From Verrucomicrobiota bacterium (GTDB lineage Bacteria; Verrucomicrobiota; Verrucomicrobiia; Limisphaerales; CANJSG01): a stretch of 64,000 nt of DNA. Both the position numbers and the translations under genes were made by a program. Below are positions 10,480 to 18,730 of the stretch, piece by piece (within the stretch, counting starts at the first letter, position 1; each line of letters opens with the position of its first letter). The notes under the pieces were generated by a model, which searched no databases, was not told where the DNA came from, and worked only from the letters and a program-made list of their open reading frames with translations. The stretch is from assembly GCA_038209745.1 (NCBI GenBank), contig JBBQXJ010000004.1:37882-101881 (forward strand), in the 5' to 3' direction.

Positions 10480-10869
10480 GTGGAAACGCAGCTTTCACAG
10501 TATATTCCCGTCCTGATCCTCGCGCTGGTGGGCATCGGCTTTGCCGGCGGCAGCATCGTGATGTCGTGGTTGTTCGGCAAGATGGCCGCCCGCTTCGGCA
10601 AGGTCACCGTGACGAAGAACGTGCCCTACGAGTGCGGCATGTTGCCGGAGGCATCGAACAGCCGGCTTTCGGTGAAATTCTACCTCGTGGCCCTGCTCTT
10701 CGTGCTCTTCGACATCGAGGTCATCTTCATGTATCCGTGGGCCGTCATCTACCGGGACATGATCGTGGCCAAGGGCTTCTACATCCTGGGCGCGATGATC
10801 TCCTTCCTCGGCATCCTTCTCGTCGGCTACGTCTACGCGCTCAAGAAGGGCGCGCTGGACTGGAAGTAG
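10480..10869 (+). CDS. nuoA: NADH-quinone oxidoreductase subunit A
   Basis: PYECG, KFYLVALLFVLFDIEVIFMYPWA, KKGALDW; GTG start. Confidence 0.95.
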   Translation: METQLSQYIPVLILALVGIGFAGGSIVMSWLFGKMAARFGKVTVTKNVPYECGMLPEASNSRLSVKFYLVALLFVLFDIEVIFMYPWAVIYRDMIVAKGFYILGAMISFLGILLVGYVYALKKGALDWK

Positions 10870-10893
10870 TTGGCGGGAACCCATGCAGGGCGG

Positions 10894-10976
10894 GATGCCG
10901 GATGCCAGATTCTCGATACCGGTTTGGCACGAGGAGCCGCTTTTGAAATCCGACCTCAAGTATCCGGCATCAGCAT
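10894..10976. repeat. Miniature palindromic element built from 7-bp GATGCCG-like units
   Basis: gatgccg gatgcca gattctc gataccg ... gtatccggcatcagcat (imperfect inverted arm) between nuoA and the mutase gene. Confidence 0.55.
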
Positions 10977-10981
10977 TTCCC

Positions 10982-12415
10982 ATGTCCTCCCCCATCAAAT
11001 TCGGAACCAGCGGATGGCGCGGCCTCGTCGCCCGCGATTTCACCTTCGACAACGTCCGCCTCGCCACGCAGGCGATCGCCGACTACCTGAACGCGGAGCG
11101 CAAGAACCCCGAGTCCGAAGTCTCGAAGCGCAAGCCCGTGGTCATCCTCGGTTGCGACACGCGATTCCTCGGCAAGGAATTCTGTCTCGCGGCCGCCGAA
11201 GTTCTCGAAGCAAACGGCTTTACCCCGCTCGTCTGCAACCGGCCCACGCCCACCCCGGTCATCGCCCACACGATCCGCCACAAGAAGGCCATCGGCGGCA
11301 TCAACATGACCGCCAGCCACAATCCGTCCGAGTATCAGGGGTTGAAGTTCTCCACTTGGAACGGTGCGCCTGCGACGACCGATGTCACCAGGCCCATCGA
11401 GGCCAATGTGGCGAAGCTGGAAGCCAAAGGCTGGACGTTCAAAGCCGCCGTCGTCGGCACCTACCGTTGCAAGGAGATCGATCCCAAGCCCGACTACTTC
11501 AAGGAGCTCCACAAGTTCATCGACTTCGCCACGCTCAAGAAGGCGAAGCTGAAAGTAGGCGTGCAGCTCATGTATGGCACCGGCGCCGGTTACCTCGATG
11601 AACTGCTGAAGGAGAACGGGGCGACCGTCACCGTCTTCAACGCCCAGCCCGATCCGATGTTCGGCGGACATCATCCGGAGCCGAACGCAGAAGGCATGGA
11701 GGAAGTCAGCGCGCTCGGCCGCAAGGGTAGGATCCAGCTCGGCCTCGGGCTCGACTGCGACGCGGACCGTTTCGGCGTCACCGACAAGAGCGGCACCTGG
11801 CTCTCGCCGAACCAAATCCTCGCGCTCACCCTTTATCACCTGAAGAAGAACCGCCGCTGGACCGGCGCCGTCGTCCGCACCGTGCCCACCAGCCATCAGG
11901 TCGACGGAGTGGCCGCGATGCTCGGCGTGACCGTCCATGAGACCCCGGTCGGCTTCAAATACATCGGCGCCCTGATGCAGTCCGAACCCATCATCGTCGG
12001 CGGCGAAGAATCCGGCGGCCTCAGCGTGAAGGGCCACGTGCCCGAGAAGGACGGCATCCTCGCCTGCCTGCTCATGGCGGAACTCGTCGCCACGGAGAAG
12101 AAATCCCTCGGCCAGATCCTCAAGCAGCTCGAGAAGACCCCCGGCCCCTACTTCACCGACCGCATCAACGTGAAGGTCGCTCCCGAGCGCAAGCAGGTGA
12201 TCCTCGACCTGTTGGCGAAGGGTTTGGCGAAGGTCGGCAAGTTCAAGGTCCACCAGTTCATCACCACCGACGGCTACAAGTTCCTCCTGCCCGGCGGCGA
12301 ATGGGTCGCGTTCCGCGCCAGCGGCACCGAGCCGATGATCCGCTGCTACATCGAAGCCAAGTCCGAGACCAATCTGAAGGCGCTCCAGACGGCTTGCCGC
12401 AAAGTGTTGGCTTAA
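10982..12415 (+). CDS. Phosphoglucomutase/phosphomannomutase family protein
   Basis: FGTSGWRG, TASHNP phosphoserine loop, DCDADR metal loop, GEESGG, RASGTEP. Confidence 0.92.
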   Translation: MSSPIKFGTSGWRGLVARDFTFDNVRLATQAIADYLNAERKNPESEVSKRKPVVILGCDTRFLGKEFCLAAAEVLEANGFTPLVCNRPTPTPVIAHTIRHKKAIGGINMTASHNPSEYQGLKFSTWNGAPATTDVTRPIEANVAKLEAKGWTFKAAVVGTYRCKEIDPKPDYFKELHKFIDFATLKKAKLKVGVQLMYGTGAGYLDELLKENGATVTVFNAQPDPMFGGHHPEPNAEGMEEVSALGRKGRIQLGLGLDCDADRFGVTDKSGTWLSPNQILALTLYHLKKNRRWTGAVVRTVPTSHQVDGVAAMLGVTVHETPVGFKYIGALMQSEPIIVGGEESGGLSVKGHVPEKDGILACLLMAELVATEKKSLGQILKQLEKTPGPYFTDRINVKVAPERKQVILDLLAKGLAKVGKFKVHQFITTDGYKFLLPGGEWVAFRASGTEPMIRCYIEAKSETNLKALQTACRKVLA

Positions 12416-12440
12416 ACCTCCATTCGAGTCCGCACCGTCA

Positions 12441-12511
12441 AAAAGGGCAGGCGATCGGCCTGCCCTTTCGATTTTCCAAAAGCAAAAGGGCGCGGCCCAA
12501 GCCGCGCCCTT
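12441..12511. terminator. Two tandem GC hairpins between convergent genes
   Basis: aaagggcaggc-N5-gcctgcccttt and aagggcgcggc-N4-gccgcgccctt with A/T flanks. Confidence 0.7.
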
Positions 12512-12540
12512 CGACTGAAATCCTTCTCGAATGGGAACGC

Positions 12541-13575
12541 CTACGCGCCCATGCCGTCTTCGAAGCTGCCGCCGGCGACCGGGAAGCAGAGGTTGTCCTT
12601 CACGTAGCGGATGCCGTCGGCGCTGCAATAGTCGAGGTCCTTGTGGGCGCTCTCGGCCTCGACGATGAGCGGCGCGGTGTCGTGGCCCGTGAGTTCACAG
12701 TAGCGCTGGGGATAGCCAATGGTGACCAGCAGCTCGACGTAGCGCTGCATGTTGAGATCGCCGCTCCCAAGGTCGGTGAACTGCATGGCGCGCTTGGTCC
12801 AGTTCGGCTCCATTGTCCGCAGAGGAAGGCCCCGGCGGATGACGAAGTTCTTCACATGGCAGGCGTAGACATGCTTGGCCACTTTGAGGAATCGGGTTTC
12901 CCAGTCTTCGCCTTCCCAGCAGTGCGACGGATCGGCGTTCACCTGAAGCGAAGGGTCGCCGTCGCAGAGGTCGACCAGCATGAGAAAATCATCCGCCGTG
13001 GAAGCGCCGGTGCCCGGATGGATCTCGTGGCAAAGTTTCAGACCAAGTGAATTGGCGTGCTTGCGCAGCTTGGCGGTCTTCTTGACGAAACGTTCCTGGC
13101 CTTCCTTGAGCAGATCGAAGCCGCCGCCGCCCCAGAAACCCCACGGGTAGCCGGTGGCCATTTCCCAGCCGAACGCCACGCCCCAGAACATGGGAATGGT
13201 CTTCACGCCGAGTTCGGCGGAGAGATCCATCAGCTTCAGCAGATACTTTTCGTGCCACGCCTCGTTCTTCTCGAGCGAGAGCTTGGCGACATCGGGCGCG
13301 GTGAAAGGATGGCCGGACTTGGTGCCGGTCCAGGCGCTGGTGTGGACCCAGAACGGGCAGTGGGCGGAAATGCCGTCCAAGATCATGCCCCGGTCCTCGA
13401 ACGCGGCCTTGATCTGTTTGGCTTTGCGGAACCCGCCCTTCCCGTCGTTGAGCATGTAGTTGCTCGGCTGGACTCCCGTCGCACCGGCGTTCTGGGCGTA
13501 GTCGAGGAACTGTTCCAGCGACTTTGCGCCGTGCTGCGCGCCTTCAACGCTGGGATGGTAGCAGATTTTTGCCAT
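12541..13575 (-). CDS. Sugar phosphate isomerase/epimerase (xylose-isomerase-like TIM barrel)
   Basis: HEIHPG, NADPSH, CHVKN, IVEAE metal-binding pattern. Confidence 0.8.
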   Translation of the reverse strand: MAKICYHPSVEGAQHGAKSLEQFLDYAQNAGATGVQPSNYMLNDGKGGFRKAKQIKAAFEDRGMILDGISAHCPFWVHTSAWTGTKSGHPFTAPDVAKLSLEKNEAWHEKYLLKLMDLSAELGVKTIPMFWGVAFGWEMATGYPWGFWGGGGFDLLKEGQERFVKKTAKLRKHANSLGLKLCHEIHPGTGASTADDFLMLVDLCDGDPSLQVNADPSHCWEGEDWETRFLKVAKHVYACHVKNFVIRRGLPLRTMEPNWTKRAMQFTDLGSGDLNMQRYVELLVTIGYPQRYCELTGHDTAPLIVEAESAHKDLDYCSADGIRYVKDNLCFPVAGGSFEDGMGA

Positions 13576-13732
13576 AATACGTCGGTGATGAAAGGGTTAC
13601 GGGACGGAGAAGGATTTAGCGGCCCGCTCGCCCGAACGCAAGCACCCGATGCCTTGAAATGACCCCGCAGCTGGATTCACCGCTTGCCTCGGTCTACCGC
13701 GTCCGGTTGACTCTCCGCACTTTCGATTTTCG

Positions 13733-15523
13733 ATGAACGCTGACCAGCTGGCCAAAGCCAAATCCCTCGGGTTTTCCGACCGCCAAATCGCCCATTTGAC
13801 CGGCCAAACTGAAGACGCTGTGCGGGCCGAGCGCAAAAAACTGGGCCTTGTTCCCAGCTATCGACTCGTGGACACCTGCGCCGCCGAGTTTGAGGCCTAC
13901 ACGCCCTACTACTACTCGACCTATGATCGCGGCGACGACGAGGTCACCAAGACGCCCAAGAAGAAGGTCATGATCCTCGGCGGCGGCCCCAACCGGATCG
14001 GCCAGGGCATCGAGTTCGACTATTGCTGCGTCCACGCCGCCTTTGCCCTGAAGGAAGACGGCTTCGAGACCATCATGGTCAACTCGAACCCCGAGACCGT
14101 TTCGACCGACTACGACACCTCGGACAAGCTCTTCTTCGAGCCGCTCACCCTGGAAGACGTCCTCCACATCTACGAGCGCGAAGGCTGCTGGGGTGCGATC
14201 GCCCAGTTCGGTGGCCAGACACCGCTGAACCTCGCCCTCGGCCTCCAGCAAAACGGCGTCAACATCATCGGCACCACGCCCCAGAGCATCGAGATCGCCG
14301 AGGACCGGAAGCTCTTCGCCGCGATGCTCGACAAGCTGGAAATTCCCCAGCCGAAGAACGGCCTCGCCACCACCGAAGCGGAAGCCCTCGTCATCTCCAA
14401 GCGCCTCGGCTACCCGGTGCTCGTCCGGCCCAGTTTCGTGCTCGGCGGACGCGCCATGCAGATCGTCTTCAGCGACGCCGAGCTCTCGCACTACATGCGT
14501 TTCGCGGTCGAGGCCTCGCCCGAACGCCCCGTGCTGGTGGACAAGTTCCTCGAAGACGCCACCGAGGTGGACGTCGACTGCATCACCGACGTCGGCAACT
14601 TCGCCGATCCCAAGGACGGCACCATCGTCATGGGCGGCGTGTTGGAACACATCGAGTTCGCCGGCGTGCATTCCGGCGACGCTGCAATGGTGCTTCCGCC
14701 CCACACCTTGTCGAAGTCCACCATCGACACCATCCGGGAATACACCCACGCGATGGCCCGCGAACTCAGGGTCAGCGGCCTGATGAACGTCCAATACGCG
14801 GTCAAGGACGGCATCGTCTACGTCCTCGAAGTGAACCCCCGCGCCTCGCGCACCGTGCCCTTCGTCAGCAAGGCCATCGGCAAGCCGCTGGCCAAGCTCG
14901 CCGCCAAGGTCATGGCCGGAAAGAGCCTCAAAGAACTTGGCTTCACCGAGGAGATTTGGCCGAAATATTGGGCGGTGAAGGAAGCCGTCTTCCCGTTCAA
15001 CAAGTTCCAGGGACAGGACATCCTCCTCTCCCCGGAGATGCGTTCAACCGGTGAAGTAATGGGCCTCGACGAGGATCTCGGCATCGCCTACGCCAAGGCC
15101 CAGATGGCCGCCGGCTGCGCGCTCCCGCTCAAGGGCAGCGTCTTCCTCAGCGTCGGCGACGCCCACAAGGGCGAGGTCGCCGCCGTGGCCAAACAGTTCG
15201 TCGATCTTGGCTTCACCCTCGTGGCCACCAACGGCACCGCCACCGTGCTCGAAGCCGCCGGCCTCCAGGTCCGCCGCATCTTGAAGCTCTCCGAAGGCCG
15301 CCCCAACGCCGTCGATCTGCTGAAGAACCGTGAGATCCAGCTCGTGATCAACACCCCCAGCGGAGCCAGCCCCCGCGCCGACGAGGTCAAGATCCGCGGC
15401 ACGGCGGTTCTGACCCAGACCCCCATCATGACCACGCTGAGCGGAGCCAAAGCCGCCGCCATGGGCATCGGCGCTCTCCTGAAGAGCGGTTGGGCCGTCC
15501 GCACGGTGCAGGAGTATCATTAA
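13733..15523 (+). CDS. carB: Carbamoyl-phosphate synthase large subunit, C-terminal half only (split CarB)
   Basis: Begins at AKSLGFSDRQIA; VDTCAAEF, GGGPNRIGQGIEFDYCC, NSNPETVSTDYD, EVNPRASRT, EMRSTGEVMG, MGS-like tail; 596 aa; in-frame stop at 13655. Confidence 0.9.
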   Translation: MNADQLAKAKSLGFSDRQIAHLTGQTEDAVRAERKKLGLVPSYRLVDTCAAEFEAYTPYYYSTYDRGDDEVTKTPKKKVMILGGGPNRIGQGIEFDYCCVHAAFALKEDGFETIMVNSNPETVSTDYDTSDKLFFEPLTLEDVLHIYEREGCWGAIAQFGGQTPLNLALGLQQNGVNIIGTTPQSIEIAEDRKLFAAMLDKLEIPQPKNGLATTEAEALVISKRLGYPVLVRPSFVLGGRAMQIVFSDAELSHYMRFAVEASPERPVLVDKFLEDATEVDVDCITDVGNFADPKDGTIVMGGVLEHIEFAGVHSGDAAMVLPPHTLSKSTIDTIREYTHAMARELRVSGLMNVQYAVKDGIVYVLEVNPRASRTVPFVSKAIGKPLAKLAAKVMAGKSLKELGFTEEIWPKYWAVKEAVFPFNKFQGQDILLSPEMRSTGEVMGLDEDLGIAYAKAQMAAGCALPLKGSVFLSVGDAHKGEVAAVAKQFVDLGFTLVATNGTATVLEAAGLQVRRILKLSEGRPNAVDLLKNREIQLVINTPSGASPRADEVKIRGTAVLTQTPIMTTLSGAKAAAMGIGALLKSGWAVRTVQEYH

Positions 15524-15638
15524 CCCGGATGATTGGGTTTTCTTTCCATCCCCGACCGCTCTCCCTGCTGGTAATTTCGGTCTCTTTTCCAGCCGCCACG
15601 CGGTCGACATCCGTGGTTGAATGAATAATCTTCACGCC

Positions 15639-16226
15639 ATGGAAACTCTGCTGAGCCTTCTGGTGGGTCTCGGGCTGAGTGCCGCCTGCGGATTCCGCGT
15701 CTTTGTGCCCCTTCTCGTCCTGAGCATCGCCGGGTATTCCGGGCAGGTGCAGTTCGCCAAGGGCTTCGAGTGGCTGGCCAGCGAGCCAGCCCTGATCGCC
15801 TTCTCCGTAGCGACACTTCTGGAGATCGCCGGCTACTACATTCCGGTCGTGGACAACTTCCTCGACTCCATCGCCACACCCGCCGCCGTCGTGGCGGGCA
15901 CGCTCGTCACCGCCTCAATGGTGACCAACGTCAGTCCCTTCCTTCAATGGTCGCTGGCCGCCGTGGCGGGCGGCGGCATCGCCGGCGTCGTGCAGGCAAC
16001 CACGGTGATCACCCGAGGCGCTTCAACGGCGTTCACCGCCGGTCTGGGCAATCCCGTTGTAGCCACGATCGAATTGGGGTCTTCAGTCGCGTCCTCCATC
16101 ATGGCCTTCTTCGCCCCGGGACTCGTGTTGCTTGGGGTCTTCAGCCTGCTCGGAGTCGCCGTCTTCGTCGCCAGTCGCCGCCGGAACCGCAAGCCGGCCA
16201 CGATCCCGCCGTTTCCGGTCGCTTAA
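15639..16226 (+). CDS. DUF4126-family membrane protein
   Basis: GLGLSAACGFRVFVP, LEIAGYYIPVVDNFLD, GLGNPVVATIE (alternative start 15621). Confidence 0.85.
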   Translation: METLLSLLVGLGLSAACGFRVFVPLLVLSIAGYSGQVQFAKGFEWLASEPALIAFSVATLLEIAGYYIPVVDNFLDSIATPAAVVAGTLVTASMVTNVSPFLQWSLAAVAGGGIAGVVQATTVITRGASTAFTAGLGNPVVATIELGSSVASSIMAFFAPGLVLLGVFSLLGVAVFVASRRRNRKPATIPPFPVA

Positions 16227-16243
16227 GCCTCCTGGAAAAACAG

Positions 16244-16274
16244 AAAAGGCCGGCCCGAAAGCCCTGCCCTTTTT
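16244..16274. terminator. Imperfect bidirectional terminator
   Basis: aaaaggccggc-ccgaaa-gccctgcccttttt between convergent genes. Confidence 0.5.
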
Positions 16275-16298
16275 CGTGTCCGGACCGGCTTTCTGCGG

Positions 16299-16547
16299 CT
16301 ACTGCTTCTCGTATTCGCCACTGCCGATCTTCTTCAACACGGTGAAGCCGGCCTGCTTGGCGTCGGTAATGGAGAGGGGCTTCAGTTTGGTGGGTGTGCT
16401 GAAGCCGGAGATGATCTTTTTGACCGGTTTCTTGCAGGCTGGACAGTTCGTCAACGGCGGCGCGGTCAACGGACGCCGCAAAGTGAAGCCGGTGCCGCAG
16501 GCGGCGCACTTGGCGCCGTCGCACAGTTCGTATTCGTAGATGGGCAT
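16299..16547 (-). CDS. FmdB-family zinc-ribbon protein
   Basis: MPIYEY start, CxxC...CPAC; AAGGAG RBS. Confidence 0.85.
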   Translation of the reverse strand: MPIYEYELCDGAKCAACGTGFTLRRPLTAPPLTNCPACKKPVKKIISGFSTPTKLKPLSITDAKQAGFTVLKKIGSGEYEKQ

Positions 16548-16563
16548 GGCGGGCTCCTTCGGA

Positions 16564-17568
16564 TCAGATGGCGACGCAGCTTTCGAATCCCCGTTTCAAT
16601 TTCTCACCGTCGAGATCCTTGCCGATGAAGACCAGTTGGCTGCTCTTGGCTTCCCCGACGTTCCACAAGCGATCGGCGGCGGCTTCGGACATCTGCTGGA
16701 CCGCTTGGAAGACGATGCGTTTGGCCGAACCCCTGATGTTCAGAACTCCTTTGCTGCGGTAGATGTTGGCTCCGAACTCGGTCAGCACATCGCTGAGCCA
16801 CGCCTCGGTCTTCTTCATGTCGAGGGGTCGCTCGTCGGAAAAGTAAAAGGACCCGACCGACTCGTCGTGGCGATGATCGTGACCCGCATCTGCACTCAGG
16901 GCGGGACCATCGCTGGTCAGGGTCAAACCGGACTTCTTCGGCAGGTTCAAGGGAGCAAGAACCTCGCGGGCTTTGATGTTCAGGATCACTCCGACGTCGA
17001 TCTTCGAGCGCTCGGTGCGCACGAGCTTGGCAATGGGGTTGATCCTGCGGATTCGGGCCTCGACGCGCTCCAGTTCCTCGGGAGAAACAAGGTCGGTCTT
17101 GTTCAGCAGCAGCACGTCGGCGAACCCGATCTGGGGCTTCGCTTCGGGCGTGTCCATCAGCTCCTTCTCGATGTGGCGCGCGTCCACCACGGTGACGATG
17201 CCGTCGAGCCGCACCTTGTCGCGAAGATCGGGCAGCCCAAAGGTCTGGGCGATGGGGCTCGGATCGGCCAAGCCGGTGGTCTCGATGATCAGATAGTCGA
17301 AGCGGCGGGCCTTGCCGAAGAGATTGTCGAGGCTCTTGATCAGGTCGCCCCGGACGCGGCAGCAGAGGCAGCCGTTGTTCAGTTCCACCACTTCCTCGTC
17401 CGCCCCGACCACGATCTGGTTGTCGATGGAGACGGAGCCGAATTCATTGATGATGATCGCGCACTTGAAGCCGTGGTTCTGGGTCAGGATATGGTTCAGC
17501 AGCGTCGTCTTACCGGCTCCTAGGAAGCCGGTCAGAACGGTCACTGGAACGAGGGCCTTCTGTTTCAT
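16564..17568 (-). CDS. COG0523/CobW-family G3E GTPase metallochaperone
   Basis: GFLGAGKTT, NEFG, NGCLCC, ETTGLADP, LNKTD, short His stretch, YRSKG. Confidence 0.9.
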   Translation of the reverse strand: MKQKALVPVTVLTGFLGAGKTTLLNHILTQNHGFKCAIIINEFGSVSIDNQIVVGADEEVVELNNGCLCCRVRGDLIKSLDNLFGKARRFDYLIIETTGLADPSPIAQTFGLPDLRDKVRLDGIVTVVDARHIEKELMDTPEAKPQIGFADVLLLNKTDLVSPEELERVEARIRRINPIAKLVRTERSKIDVGVILNIKAREVLAPLNLPKKSGLTLTSDGPALSADAGHDHRHDESVGSFYFSDERPLDMKKTEAWLSDVLTEFGANIYRSKGVLNIRGSAKRIVFQAVQQMSEAAADRLWNVGEAKSSQLVFIGKDLDGEKLKRGFESCVAI

Positions 17569-17652
17569 GTCCGCCGAGTCTGCCACATCTGGCATCGGGA
17601 GCAATCAGGGGAAAATTCAATGCAAGGGGCCGAAACCAGAAGAGGATCCGCT

Positions 17653-18516
17653 CTACCGCGCCAAGGCGATCAGATACCGGCCCACTCGGTCGGCCTCCTG
17701 CTGCTGCTCCAACTGGCTGTAGATCTGGTGCAGGTTGGAACACATCCGCTGCAGCGTCCGGCGGGGGCTGACGGGTGAAAGGTAGCCATCCTGGAGCGTG
17801 TGGCCCGTTTCGGTCAGATACTTCACGCACTCGGCCTTGGAGAGAACCTTGCCGCGATTGAAGCAATCGATGAACAGCTCGGCCGAGGGGTCTTGGAACC
17901 GGGCGACAAAGTGGCCGGGCAAAGCGATGCCGGAGATCGGCAACCGGAGCCGGCGGGCCACCAGCATGACAATGGTGCAGAGGCTGACCGGATTGCCGGT
18001 GCGCCGGTCGATGACGCGGTTGAGGTAGCTGTTTTCCGGCTCGTAGTAGTTCTCCTCGTTGCCGCAGAAGCCCTGCTCTTCGAACATGAACTGGTTCAGC
18101 ACGGCAAGGGTCTGTTCCGTCTCCGCCAGGGGATCGATCCGCTCGGCCAACTGCCGCGCGAAGTCGTCGAGGATCGCACCGTACGCCTCGACGTTTGCGT
18201 CGGGATAGCGGGTCTGGGCCAGCCTCCAGACGGCTTCGTCGAGATTGAGCTCCTCGCCGCCCTGTAGACAAAGGCCAAGAAACCTCGTATCGGCCGATTG
18301 GCGCCGCAGGGAGGTGATGATTTCTCGGGCATTGCGGCGAAGGACCGGATCGTTGCTCAACAGGTGCGGTTTCAACCAATCGGAGGCTTCGGATCCAAGC
18401 GCGACAATCTGGGAGCGGATGCTCCGGAACGTGTTGGGGTCGTCATCGCCCAACAGAACCAGCAGGGCCTGCCGTTGACGCTCGGGCACATCGGATTTTG
18501 AAGCGGCCTCATTCAT
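17653..18516 (-). CDS. SirB1-family transglutaminase-like protein
   Basis: GFCGNEENYYEPENSYLNRVIDRRTGNPVSL, GIALPGHF, IDCFNRG. Confidence 0.85.
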   Translation of the reverse strand: MNEAASKSDVPERQRQALLVLLGDDDPNTFRSIRSQIVALGSEASDWLKPHLLSNDPVLRRNAREIITSLRRQSADTRFLGLCLQGGEELNLDEAVWRLAQTRYPDANVEAYGAILDDFARQLAERIDPLAETEQTLAVLNQFMFEEQGFCGNEENYYEPENSYLNRVIDRRTGNPVSLCTIVMLVARRLRLPISGIALPGHFVARFQDPSAELFIDCFNRGKVLSKAECVKYLTETGHTLQDGYLSPVSPRRTLQRMCSNLHQIYSQLEQQQEADRVGRYLIALAR

Positions 18517-18730
18517 CCGCCCTCGACATTGCGCCAACAACGCTCGCGCGCAACTGTGCGTTTGGAAGACCGGACGGTTTCCGCTCCGAGTCGCGATCGA
18601 TCCGGAGATCCGGCGGTGGTTCATTTTTTTCATGATGGATGCGGGGCAACTTTCAGGTCCGGGAGGTCAATTTCCTTTTGCAGCAAACCACAAAGTGCCC
18701 TCACATTTACCAGCTGTGAATTTGCGTAAG

